Shown here one piece after another: positions 18,806 through 26,723 of a stretch of 64,000 nucleotides of DNA (positions are counted from its first letter, which is position 1; every line of letters starts with the position of its first letter). The notes under the pieces are model-generated. The model was not told where the DNA came from and made no database searches. It saw only the letters and a program-made list of their open reading frames with translations. The stretch spans positions 259 through 64,258 of the forward strand of contig JAFAPI010000114.1 in assembly GCA_019247195.1 (NCBI GenBank). Reading direction: 5' to 3'. The translations under genes were made by a program, and so were the position numbers. Source of the stretch: Gammaproteobacteria bacterium (GTDB taxonomy: Bacteria; Pseudomonadota; Gammaproteobacteria; Steroidobacterales; Steroidobacteraceae).

Positions 18806-18946
18806 TCAGCATCCGCCAGGCGCGCCTCTTGGCGCGCCGGCAATAATGCCTTATCGGGTAAGACCCCGGCATCGTCGCGGTAACGTGAGCCCGCGGTCGG
18901 GGCGGGGTGCACGGCGGTGCCCCGTCGCAGGGCGTTCAGCGACTAG

Positions 18947-19318
18947 CTACTGATGACACTCCGCGCCTACGCATTGTCCCGTGCGAGGCAAAGAAAGAAA
19001 GTCTTTCGACTGCTGCGTCGCGCGCTCGCGTTCATGGATCTGTTGGGCGGTGAGGCACGTCGTGGTCGCAAAGCGCGTGCCCACGCTCGACTCGCTGCGG
19101 CAATAGAAGAGTCGGCCGTCACGATGCTTGACCTCATAGCCGGCCTTCACCAGGTCCGGATCGACGCCAGGGTCCGCCGCCGTGGAGGCGGCCGGTGCGG
19201 GATGGGCGGGGGAGAGCTTGGCGACAGGCGTCGCACAGCCCTGCAGCAGCGGCCCGAGGGCTATGAGGACGCCGAGAGACTTGTTCAGCACGAGAACCCA
19301 CCGCTCACGTGAGCGCAC
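18947..19318 (-). CDS. Putative lipoprotein of unknown function
   Basis: The signal peptide has a lipobox-like LLQGC. The mature part has 4 further Cys (YCRSE..TTCLT..GQCVGAEC). No family was recognised. Confidence 0.55.
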   Translation of the reverse strand: MRSRERWVLVLNKSLGVLIALGPLLQGCATPVAKLSPAHPAPAASTAADPGVDPDLVKAGYEVKHRDGRLFYCRSESSVGTRFATTTCLTAQQIHERERATQQSKDFLSLPRTGQCVGAECHQ

Positions 19319-19706
19319 GCGCGCATCGTTCCCAGTCTAGTGGCTGCGCCCGCCGCGGCCCGGACCGGGCCGCGCGAGAGGGACGAACCACGGTGCAGGA
19401 GGCCGGTGCCCGGGTCTGGACGGCAGGTCCAGCCCTGCCCGCCCGGAGCCGCGTCGCCGCCCGTGGCGTGTCCTGCTCTGCACCGGCCGTTCCGCGTACG
19501 CAGGAGACCATCCTCGGGTGGGATGGGCGGCCTAACTGGCCGACCCATATCGTGGTGTGTTGATCCCGGCGCGGCGTCCTGGGACGGCTCGCTGCGCACA
19601 GCACGCGCACACGCCTGAGTCGATAGGCCGCGCATCACCGTGTAGGCTACGCATGGTCGAGGCTCTGCTCGAGATGCCAGCAGACGTCATGGGAGGACTC
19701 CAAGCT

Positions 19707-21578
19707 ATGGGCGGCGCGGACCGGAGCCGCAGCCGGCGCCCCCCTGCACTGTGGCTGTTTGCGACCGCCATCGCTGCCTGCGGCCTCGCGCGCGGGGCGG
19801 ATCCGGGCGCGGTCGTGGGCCTCGTCGCGGAGGCTGACGGGCGGCCGGTCGCGCACGCGACCGTCACCGCCGTGCACGACCGCGATCATGCCATCCGCGC
19901 AACCCTCACCGGCCGTGACGGCGTCTATTCGTTTGCCGACCTTCCGGAAGGGGTCTGGACGCTGAGCGTCGCGGTCCCCGGCGAGCCTGAGACCAGTCTC
20001 GGCAGCCTGACGGTGCACCCGGGCAAGGCGACCCGGCAGGACCTGGTCCTGAACCGGGCCATATCCCCGGTCGGGCCGCCCGCGGAGGCTCCGCCCCCGC
20101 GCGAAACAACGGCGACTTTGGCTGACCAGGTCGCGCAGCTGGTACCTCCGGCGCTGCAAGCCCCGTCGCCCTCCCCGCAGCCTGATCGCGACACGCCCTT
20201 CGCCAACGTCGACCTCAGCTGGGCCAACGGCAGTGGTCGCGAGCGCGCACCGATCTTCGACACCAAGTTCTTCACCCCCGAAATCCGCTTCGACGTGAAT
20301 TACCTGCAGGATTTCAATCATCCTCGCGACCACACGATCGTCGGCTCGACCGAGGAGTTCCGCTCAGGTGAATTCCAGATCGAGCAGGTGAGCTTCGGCG
20401 GGGACTTCCACTGGCACAACGTGCGGGCGCGATTCCTGTCGATGATGGGCCTCTTCGCGGTAACCACCCCACGCAACGATGCCAGCACTGCAGTGGGTCA
20501 ATGGGATCTGGCCGGCGCCTATAAATACCTGTCGGAAGCCAACGCGGGCTATCACTGGGATGTGAGCCACGGACTTAACGTCGATGCCGGCATCTTTGTC
20601 TCCTACATCGGGCTCTTCAGCTACTACAACTTTGACAACTGGACCTACCAGCCCTCCTTCGTCTCCTCCAACACGCCATGGTTCTTCAATGGGCTGCGGC
20701 TGCAATGGTTCCCGACCCAGAACCTGAAAATAGAACCCTGGCTGATCAATGGCTGGCAGTCCTACGCGAAATTCAACAGTCACCCCGGGTTCGGGGGTCA
20801 GATCCTGTGGGTGCCCAGCGATGCGGTGAAGGTCGTCTTCAACAGCTATGGCATCGGGCAGGACAACCTCGCCAGCGGCAGCGGCGTGCCAAACAACGGT
20901 GGCAACCCCAACGCCGCCATTGGCAGCCCCAATCCGCTGGCGCCCGCCATCGACTACTCCAAGGTGCGACGGGTACACGAGGACGACAGCCTGTTGGTCA
21001 AGTACTACGACGCCCATGGTGAGAATGGGCGTGGGCTATCGAAGCAGGCTTTTTCGCTGACGATCGATCTGGGCTGCGAGTACGGGGGTGGGGTGAACTG
21101 CGCCCATGGGCCCAACAAGGCGAATTTCTTCGGGGCGATGCTCTACGACCGCAGCTGGTTCGACCAGGACCGCTATGCCGTGACCATCGGCGGCGGCGTC
21201 CTTAACAACCCCGGCCGCTATCTTGCGCTGGTACCGCCCATCAACGGTGCGAGTGCGGTGACCGGGACGCCTTATTTCACACAGAATCCCGGCCAGAAGC
21301 TCTACCAGTGGGACCTGCAGCTTAACTTTCAGTACCTGCCGAGTGACTGGATAACCTGGTGGACCGAATTCACGTTCCGCCATTCGGACGTGCCCTATTG
21401 GAGCGGTCCCGGCGGCGTGACACCTCCGCTGGCCAACACCGGGGCTCCGGCCTCCTACGTCTGCAACAACGGTTCGATCGTTGGAGCGGACAATTGCGCC
21501 AACGAGGGGGGCATCTGGTATCCGGACCTGCGCAGCCGCGAGGTCATCTGGGGGGCCGGCGTAATGGTGCGCTTCTGA
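19707..21578 (+). CDS. Outer-membrane beta-barrel protein (OmpL-like porin type) with an N-terminal carboxypeptidase-regulatory-like domain
   Basis: GGGAGGA lies 9 nt before the ATG at 19707. The signal peptide reads ..LWLFATAIAACGLARG. The CarbopepD_reg-like block is GLVAEADGRPVAHATVTAV..TGRDGVYSFADLPEGVWTL. The rest is Trp/Tyr/Asn/Gly-rich alternating strands ending in a C-terminal ..VMVRF. Confidence 0.7.
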   Translation: MGGADRSRSRRPPALWLFATAIAACGLARGADPGAVVGLVAEADGRPVAHATVTAVHDRDHAIRATLTGRDGVYSFADLPEGVWTLSVAVPGEPETSLGSLTVHPGKATRQDLVLNRAISPVGPPAEAPPPRETTATLADQVAQLVPPALQAPSPSPQPDRDTPFANVDLSWANGSGRERAPIFDTKFFTPEIRFDVNYLQDFNHPRDHTIVGSTEEFRSGEFQIEQVSFGGDFHWHNVRARFLSMMGLFAVTTPRNDASTAVGQWDLAGAYKYLSEANAGYHWDVSHGLNVDAGIFVSYIGLFSYYNFDNWTYQPSFVSSNTPWFFNGLRLQWFPTQNLKIEPWLINGWQSYAKFNSHPGFGGQILWVPSDAVKVVFNSYGIGQDNLASGSGVPNNGGNPNAAIGSPNPLAPAIDYSKVRRVHEDDSLLVKYYDAHGENGRGLSKQAFSLTIDLGCEYGGGVNCAHGPNKANFFGAMLYDRSWFDQDRYAVTIGGGVLNNPGRYLALVPPINGASAVTGTPYFTQNPGQKLYQWDLQLNFQYLPSDWITWWTEFTFRHSDVPYWSGPGGVTPPLANTGAPASYVCNNGSIVGADNCANEGGIWYPDLRSREVIWGAGVMVRF

Positions 21579-21622
21579 GTCAACCGCGGCTGCGGGTGCG
21601 ACGGCCGAGTCCTATGCCACGC

Positions 21623-21712
21623 TGGCGGAGAGGGGGAGATTCGAACTCCCGAAGCCCTTGCGGGCTTGCCGGTTTTCAAGACCGGTGCAATCAACCGCTC
21701 TGCCACCTCTCC
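21623..21712 (-). tRNA. tRNA-Ser (anticodon UGA)
   Basis: The minus strand reads GGAGAGG..., with anticodon loop CT-TGA-AA, a long variable arm, T-arm GGGAG-TTCGAAT-CTCCC, acceptor strand CCTCTCC, discriminator G and an encoded CCA. Length is 90 nt. Confidence 0.9.
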
Positions 21713-21929
21713 GTGGCCCCATTCTATAAGGACGTTCCCGGTGACGTGGCGGCCTAAGCGACGCTAACCCATCCGCGCCGGCTGGTGTAATGTCACAGTG
21801 GCGGAGCGCGCGTGATCGCGGGGGACGAACCCGTCGCCGCGCAGGACCGACACGTTCCTGACCGGCTGCCGCTCAGGGGGCACAGGGGTGTCTGATAAGC
21901 ACCCTGAAGCTGACGGCACGGAGGGTCCT

Positions 21930-22151
21930 ATGAAGAAGATGAGCGCGATATTTGGCTCGATTGCCATCAATCTGATGTTGGCGCTGGCGATCGTGGCTGT
22001 GTTCAGCGTCACGCCAGCCGCTGAGGTCGTGGCCTGCACCCTGCAGCAGGCGGCCGCACCGGCGCCTGCCGATACGCACGGCCGTGGCGGCGGTGCACAC
22101 CGCTCACACAGCTACCTCGTCGACGTGCGTATGGGGTGGGCGGCCGGTTAA
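21930..22151 (+). CDS. Possible small single-pass membrane protein (73 aa)
   Basis: GGAGGG lies about 5 nt before the ATG at 21930. One clear TM helix is present (MSAIFGSIAINLMLALAIVAVFSV). The tail is low-complexity and overlaps the convergent TauE stop by 4 nt. There is no family match. Confidence 0.35.
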   Translation: MKKMSAIFGSIAINLMLALAIVAVFSVTPAAEVVACTLQQAAAPAPADTHGRGGGAHRSHSYLVDVRMGWAAG

Positions 22152-23059
22152 GTCGCTGCCCCACCCGCCTCAACCTCGGCGCTGCGCTGCAGGCGCGCCG
22201 AGCGCAGCATCGACAGCGCGGCGTACGCCACGATGACGATCACCAGCCAGCGCATGGCGGTGACCGACAACCCTTTCAGGATATAGAAGGCCACCAGCAC
22301 GCCGAACACGCCCCCGAGCCCCAGGCCGAGCGACGGGCCGTGGGCGAAGCGGCCCGAGCGGAAAAATCGCAGGCTCGCGACCGGCTGCACCAGCCCGTCG
22401 CTCCCCATCATGATGGGAAAGGCCGCGAGTGTATTCATCCCCAGCAGCGAAAGAATGATGACCGTCGGCGCGTAGTTGCCGATGCCGATGCACATCAGCG
22501 CGCCGAGCACGAAATTGATGCCCACCGCGAAGACGAATTTCCAGCCGTGCAGCGCCAGGGCAGTTCCATTGGGCGGAAACACGCTCAAGTGGAACACTTC
22601 ATCCAGATTGCGCATGAGGAAAAATACCGCCGCCACCAGCAGCGCGACACCCATGAAGAGCTGGATCTTGCGCCGCGGCAGACGGCTCACCACACCGGCC
22701 CCCAGCCAGGCACCTATTGTGGCGGTGCCGATCATGCAGGCCAGGAGCGTCGGGTCCACCGCGATGCTGCCAATCATCAGAAAGCCCTCGAGAAACGCCG
22801 TCACGTTGTGCCCCACGTTGAGGGTGCCGGGGATGAGTTCATCGGCCGGCCGGCCACGCAGCTTGAACAGCGCGGTCGTGGGCGCAAACGAGCCGATCCC
22901 GAGGGTGTCGAGCAGGTCAGTTACGAAGCCGATGACCGCATCGCTCCAGGTGGGACGCCCGGTCAGCCGGTGGCGTCGCACCGCGCGGATCCAGCCAAAC
23001 ACGAACAGGATGTTGATGAGCACCAGCGCGCTCAGCAGTCCTATCCGGGTACGGTCCAT
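22148..23059 (-). CDS. TauE/SafE (TSUP) family membrane transporter
   Basis: This 303-aa polytopic membrane protein has TSUP-like repeats (..GIGSFAPTTALF.., ..CIGIGNYAPTVIILSLLGM..). Confidence 0.75.
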   Translation of the reverse strand: MDRTRIGLLSALVLINILFVFGWIRAVRRHRLTGRPTWSDAVIGFVTDLLDTLGIGSFAPTTALFKLRGRPADELIPGTLNVGHNVTAFLEGFLMIGSIAVDPTLLACMIGTATIGAWLGAGVVSRLPRRKIQLFMGVALLVAAVFFLMRNLDEVFHLSVFPPNGTALALHGWKFVFAVGINFVLGALMCIGIGNYAPTVIILSLLGMNTLAAFPIMMGSDGLVQPVASLRFFRSGRFAHGPSLGLGLGGVFGVLVAFYILKGLSVTAMRWLVIVIVAYAALSMLRSARLQRSAEVEAGGAAT

Positions 23060-23068
23060 GCGTGGCTC

Positions 23069-24361
23069 CTAGGCGACGCGCCTGCGGGTCCAGGCGTCCG
23101 CGAGTCTCAGGAGCTGGATGGTCGCACGCACGCCGACGCTGCTGAACGCGTGCAAGGGCACCGGCTTGACCGCCGTGACTGGGAAGCCGAGTTCTGCCGC
23201 CGGTGCGCCAAGGGCTCGCAGGGCCAGCTCCCGCCCCATCGCCGTTGCCATCGCCACGCCGCGCCCGTTGTAACCGAGCCCCGCCAGCAGCCCGGGCGCG
23301 AGCTGATGTAGGTGGGGCAGGTGATCGAGCGTCATCGCCACCAGGCCGCCCCAGTGGTAGTCGAAGCCGATCCCGGACAGTTCGGGGAAGATCTCGCCGA
23401 CCGCCCGATAGTGACGCTGCACGGCATGCAGGCTCGGTGATTTGGCATAGGTCCCCCGCGTTCCCAGCACGAAGCGGCCGCTCGCGTCGAGACGGAAGTA
23501 GCGTAACAGGCGGCGCGTATCCGAGGCGCCCTGCCCGCCGGGCAGGATCCGACGGCGCAGCTCGACACTTAGCGGCGCGCTCGCGACCTGGAAGGACGGA
23601 ACGGCCACGACCGAGCGCCGCAGTGCGGGCACGAGCCGGCCGCTGTAGGCGTTGGTCGCCACGATCACCTGCTCGGCACGCACGGCGCCACCGGGCGTGG
23701 TGACGGCATAACCGCTGCCGGCGTGCTCGAGTCGCAGGGCGGGGCTGCGCGCGAAGATGCGCGCCCCCGCGCGGAGTGCGGCGCGCGCGAGCCCGCGCGC
23801 ATAGGCGAGGGGTTGGACGGTGCCGCCGCGGGCATCGAACAGTCCGCCGCAGTAGATGCGCGAGCCGGTAAGTCGTTCCACGGCCTCGGCATCGAGCACC
23901 CGCACCGGGGCCCCCCGGGCAGCCCAGTCCGCGGCGCGCTGCCGCAATACGGACAACGCCGCCGGTGAGCCCGCCGGCTGAATCCACCCGCTCGTCGTCA
24001 GGGCACAGTCAATCTGCAGGCGACGGACCAACTCATACAGCGCCTGTGGCGCGCCCCCGACGGTGGCGATGAGGCGCACCGCGAGCGCCGGCTCGAACAG
24101 CTGCTCGAGGACCGCGGGATCGTGTTTCACACCGGCGATCACCTGACCGCCGTTGAGTCCGGAAGCGCCCTCGCCAATCTCAGCGCTCTCGAGGACCACG
24201 ACGTCGCGTCCGGCCTCGGCCAGATGCAACGCCGCGCTGAGTCCCGTATAACCGGCGCCGACGACCACGACATGGGCCTGCGTCGGAGAAGCGATCGGAT
24301 GGGTCGAGGGGCCCGGAGGGGCCGTGGCGGACCACAGTGACTGCACTGGGACGGCGGGCAT
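23069..24361 (-). CDS. FAD-dependent amine/amino-acid oxidoreductase (DAO family, PuuB/OrdL-like)
   Basis: The Rossmann motif is VVVVGAGYTGLSAALHLAEAGRDVVVLE. DAO-like C-terminal blocks are present (GLGYNGRGVAMA). Confidence 0.85.
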   Translation of the reverse strand: MPAVPVQSLWSATAPPGPSTHPIASPTQAHVVVVGAGYTGLSAALHLAEAGRDVVVLESAEIGEGASGLNGGQVIAGVKHDPAVLEQLFEPALAVRLIATVGGAPQALYELVRRLQIDCALTTSGWIQPAGSPAALSVLRQRAADWAARGAPVRVLDAEAVERLTGSRIYCGGLFDARGGTVQPLAYARGLARAALRAGARIFARSPALRLEHAGSGYAVTTPGGAVRAEQVIVATNAYSGRLVPALRRSVVAVPSFQVASAPLSVELRRRILPGGQGASDTRRLLRYFRLDASGRFVLGTRGTYAKSPSLHAVQRHYRAVGEIFPELSGIGFDYHWGGLVAMTLDHLPHLHQLAPGLLAGLGYNGRGVAMATAMGRELALRALGAPAAELGFPVTAVKPVPLHAFSSVGVRATIQLLRLADAWTRRRVA

Positions 24362-24366
24362 CGGCC

Positions 24367-24394
24367 TCTATCGATAATCGATTTTTGATAATCG
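24367..24394. promoter_or_regulatory. Operator-like AT-rich element in the divergent FAD-oxidoreductase/mauB control region
   Basis: TCTATCGATAATCGATT (24367-24383) contains two ATCGAT hexamers 1 nt apart. GATAATCG recurs at 24387-24394. It matches the palindrome in front of the IclR gene (32065-32085) over CTATCGAT-N-ATCGAT. Confidence 0.5.
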
Positions 24395-24565
24395 GGCGGG
24401 TCCGGGACTCTACGGCAGCCCCGCGGCGTGGTCAAACGCAAGCCGCGGTGTGCGCACACTTTTCCGTCGCGCGACCTTGTGACACACTCGGTTCGCAGTA
24501 AGCCTCGCAGCACCCGCGAGGCAGGCCGCGCGGTTCGCGCGACCCTCGGCCGGGGAGAAAAACCG

Positions 24566-25723
24566 ATGTCCGCTTCACCTGTGTGGACGGCCGCCCTCGC
24601 GTCCCTGCTGGTAGCCGGGTCCGTCGCGGCGGCGCCCCCCGCGCCGCTGCCGCCTGAGAAACTCACCTCGGAGCCGTTACCGCCAGTCAGTCCGCACTGG
24701 GTGTACGTCTATGACGAGGCCTTCGCCAACGAGCTCGACGGGCGCCTCGTGCTCTTTGACGGTGACCACTACCGACGCCTGGGGCAGATCGACGCGGGCT
24801 TCAACCCTTCCTTCAATCTCTCCCCCGATGGCAGCACTACCGCCGTCGCCACCACCTACTGGTCGCGCGGCGCGCATGGCAAGCGCACCGACGTGGTCGA
24901 GCTGACCGACAATCGCACCCTCAATCTGCCACAGCACGAGATCGTCCTGCCGACCAAGCGCGCCACGACACTGCCGACGCTGTTCGGCATCGCCTACAGC
25001 TCCGACGCCCACTTCCTGTATGTCGCGTACGTGACGCCGGCGGCGTCGTTCGGCGTTCTCGATCCGGCGCATGGCACGGTGCTCGGCGAGATCGATACGG
25101 CCGGCTGCGTGCTGGTCATCCCGCACGGACCGAACCACGTCTCATCGCTTTGCGAAAGCGGACGTGTACTCACCGTGACGCTCACGCCCGAAGGCAAGGA
25201 GAGCGGGCGCACCCTCTCCGAACCCTTCTTCAATGCCGACACCGACCCGGCGTTCGTGCAGGGCATCCGTCAGGATCATGGCTATGCTTTTCTGACTTTC
25301 CTGGGGGAAGTCCACGAGGTGGACTTCTCGGGCGCACAACCGGTCTTCGCCGCCCCCTGGTCACTCGTCACCCCCGCGGAGAAAGGGCACTGGCGCCCGG
25401 GAGCCTCGCAGGTGGGAGCGCTGCAGCGCGCGCTGCACCGGCTCTACGTGCCGATGCACGAAGGCGGCGAAGGCACCCACAAGGATGGCGGCAGCGAGGT
25501 CTGGGTGTTCGACAGCGCGAGCCATCAACGCCTGGCGCGTTGGCCGCTGCAGGCCGCGCTGGGTTCGCGCATCCTCACTCTGGAGGTCACTCAGGATCCG
25601 GCGCCGCTGCTGTTCGTCGCCACGGTGAGCGGCGACCTCGCGGTGCTCGATGGTCTGAGCGGTAAGATCCGTCACGTGACCAAGCATTTCGCGCAGACCC
25701 CCTGGATGATGCTCACCCCCTGA
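24566..25723 (+). CDS. mauB: TTQ amine dehydrogenase large (heavy) subunit, MauB-like beta-propeller
   Basis: GGGGAGA precedes the ATG at 24566 and a signal peptide follows. The translation shows methylamine dehydrogenase heavy-chain-like blocks (VYVYDEAF..GRLVLFDGD..TTYWSRG.HGKRTDVVE..). The light-chain gene follows directly. Confidence 0.8.
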   Translation: MSASPVWTAALASLLVAGSVAAAPPAPLPPEKLTSEPLPPVSPHWVYVYDEAFANELDGRLVLFDGDHYRRLGQIDAGFNPSFNLSPDGSTTAVATTYWSRGAHGKRTDVVELTDNRTLNLPQHEIVLPTKRATTLPTLFGIAYSSDAHFLYVAYVTPAASFGVLDPAHGTVLGEIDTAGCVLVIPHGPNHVSSLCESGRVLTVTLTPEGKESGRTLSEPFFNADTDPAFVQGIRQDHGYAFLTFLGEVHEVDFSGAQPVFAAPWSLVTPAEKGHWRPGASQVGALQRALHRLYVPMHEGGEGTHKDGGSEVWVFDSASHQRLARWPLQAALGSRILTLEVTQDPAPLLFVATVSGDLAVLDGLSGKIRHVTKHFAQTPWMMLTP

Positions 25724-25731
25724 GAGACACC

Positions 25732-26247
25732 ATGCGCTCGCTCGATCAGTTGTTCGAACACTCTTCGCGCTCACTTGCGCGCCGCACTTCCCGGCGCAGC
25801 CTCCTCGCGACGCTCGGCGGGCTGTTAACCGGAACCGCCGTGCTGCCGCTGCTGCCGATCGACCGCGGCGGGCGCGCGCAGGCCGCCGAGACCAAGAGCA
25901 AGACTCCCACCGCGGAGAGCTGCGAGTACTGGAAGTACTGTGCGATTGATGGCTACCTCTGTGCTTGCTGCGGAGGCACCTCGAGCTCGTGTCCCCCGGG
26001 GACCGGAGCCTCCCCGATCACCTGGATCGGCACCTGCCACAATCCCGCCGACGGTCGCGACTACATCGTGTCCTACAACGACTGCTGCGGAAAGACCAGT
26101 TGCGGCAGCTGCGAGTGCAACCGCAACGAGCGCGAAAAGCCGATGTACCGCCCCTCACGTAACAACGATCTCAACTGGTGCATGGCCAACGCCGACTCCA
26201 ACTACCATTGCTCGGTCTCGGTGATTCTCGGAGTGGCGGAAAAATGA
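25732..26247 (+). CDS. mauA: TTQ amine dehydrogenase small (light) subunit
   Basis: A Tat-like leader (SRRSLLATLGG) is present. The Cys-rich core CEYWKYCAIDGYLCACCGG..CPPG..TWIGTCHNPADGRDYIVSYNDCCG..MYRP..NDLNWC..YHCSVS closely parallels methylamine dehydrogenase light chains, including both Trp positions that form TTQ. Confidence 0.9.
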   Translation: MRSLDQLFEHSSRSLARRTSRRSLLATLGGLLTGTAVLPLLPIDRGGRAQAAETKSKTPTAESCEYWKYCAIDGYLCACCGGTSSSCPPGTGASPITWIGTCHNPADGRDYIVSYNDCCGKTSCGSCECNRNEREKPMYRPSRNNDLNWCMANADSNYHCSVSVILGVAEK

Positions 26248-26720
26248 TCCGCCAGGGTGCGCTCGCCGCGCTGCTGGGGCTGGCGCCCCTCGCCTGGTCA
26301 GAGGAGCCGGCCCCGCCCTACCCCCAAGGCGCCGAGAGCTTCCAGGCCAACTGCGCGGTGTGCCACGGGCCGGCCGGCGCCGGGGTGCCCTCTCTCGCCC
26401 CGCCCCTGCTCACCTATCCGGCGCACTACGCCGCGAGCGCGGAGGGGCGCAGGCAGCTGGCAATGACGGTGCTGTATGGGCTGTTCGGCGAGATCACGGT
26501 GGAGGGCGCGCGCTATGACTTCAAGATGCCCGAGTTCAGTCGGATCGACGATGCGACGCTGGCGGCGACGCTGAACTTCGTGATTTTCGCTCTCGGGCAT
26601 GCGCCCGACGCGGTGAAACCGCTGGGCGCTGAGGAGATCGCCGCGGTGCGCGGACAGAATCTCGATGGCGCGGCGGTGCGTGAGCACCGCAAAGCGCTGC
26701 TGCCCCAGCCGGGGTCTTGA
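26244..26720 (+). CDS. Mono-haem class I c-type cytochrome
   Basis: The start overlaps the mauA stop (ATGA). It has a signal peptide, a single CAVCH haem site and a distal KMPEF Met-ligand motif. Confidence 0.75.
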   Translation: MIRQGALAALLGLAPLAWSEEPAPPYPQGAESFQANCAVCHGPAGAGVPSLAPPLLTYPAHYAASAEGRRQLAMTVLYGLFGEITVEGARYDFKMPEFSRIDDATLAATLNFVIFALGHAPDAVKPLGAEEIAAVRGQNLDGAAVREHRKALLPQPGS

Positions 26721-26723
26721 AGA

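Noticed and set aside
18819-18838. The hairpin GGCGCGCC-tctt-GGCGCGCC, considered as a terminator for the lipoprotein gene.
   Set aside because: No T-run follows it on the minus strand. It lies only 14 nt before the FkbH-like start codon, so it is more likely a 5'-leader element or nothing. It is mentioned under the cassette finding rather than called as a feature.
21579-21760. tRNA-Ser as a possible genomic-island integration site bounding the FkbH cassette/OMP block.
   Set aside because: No integrase, excisionase or transposase lies anywhere nearby. I could find no direct repeat of the tRNA 3' end. The flanking genes have the same GC-rich character as the core genome.
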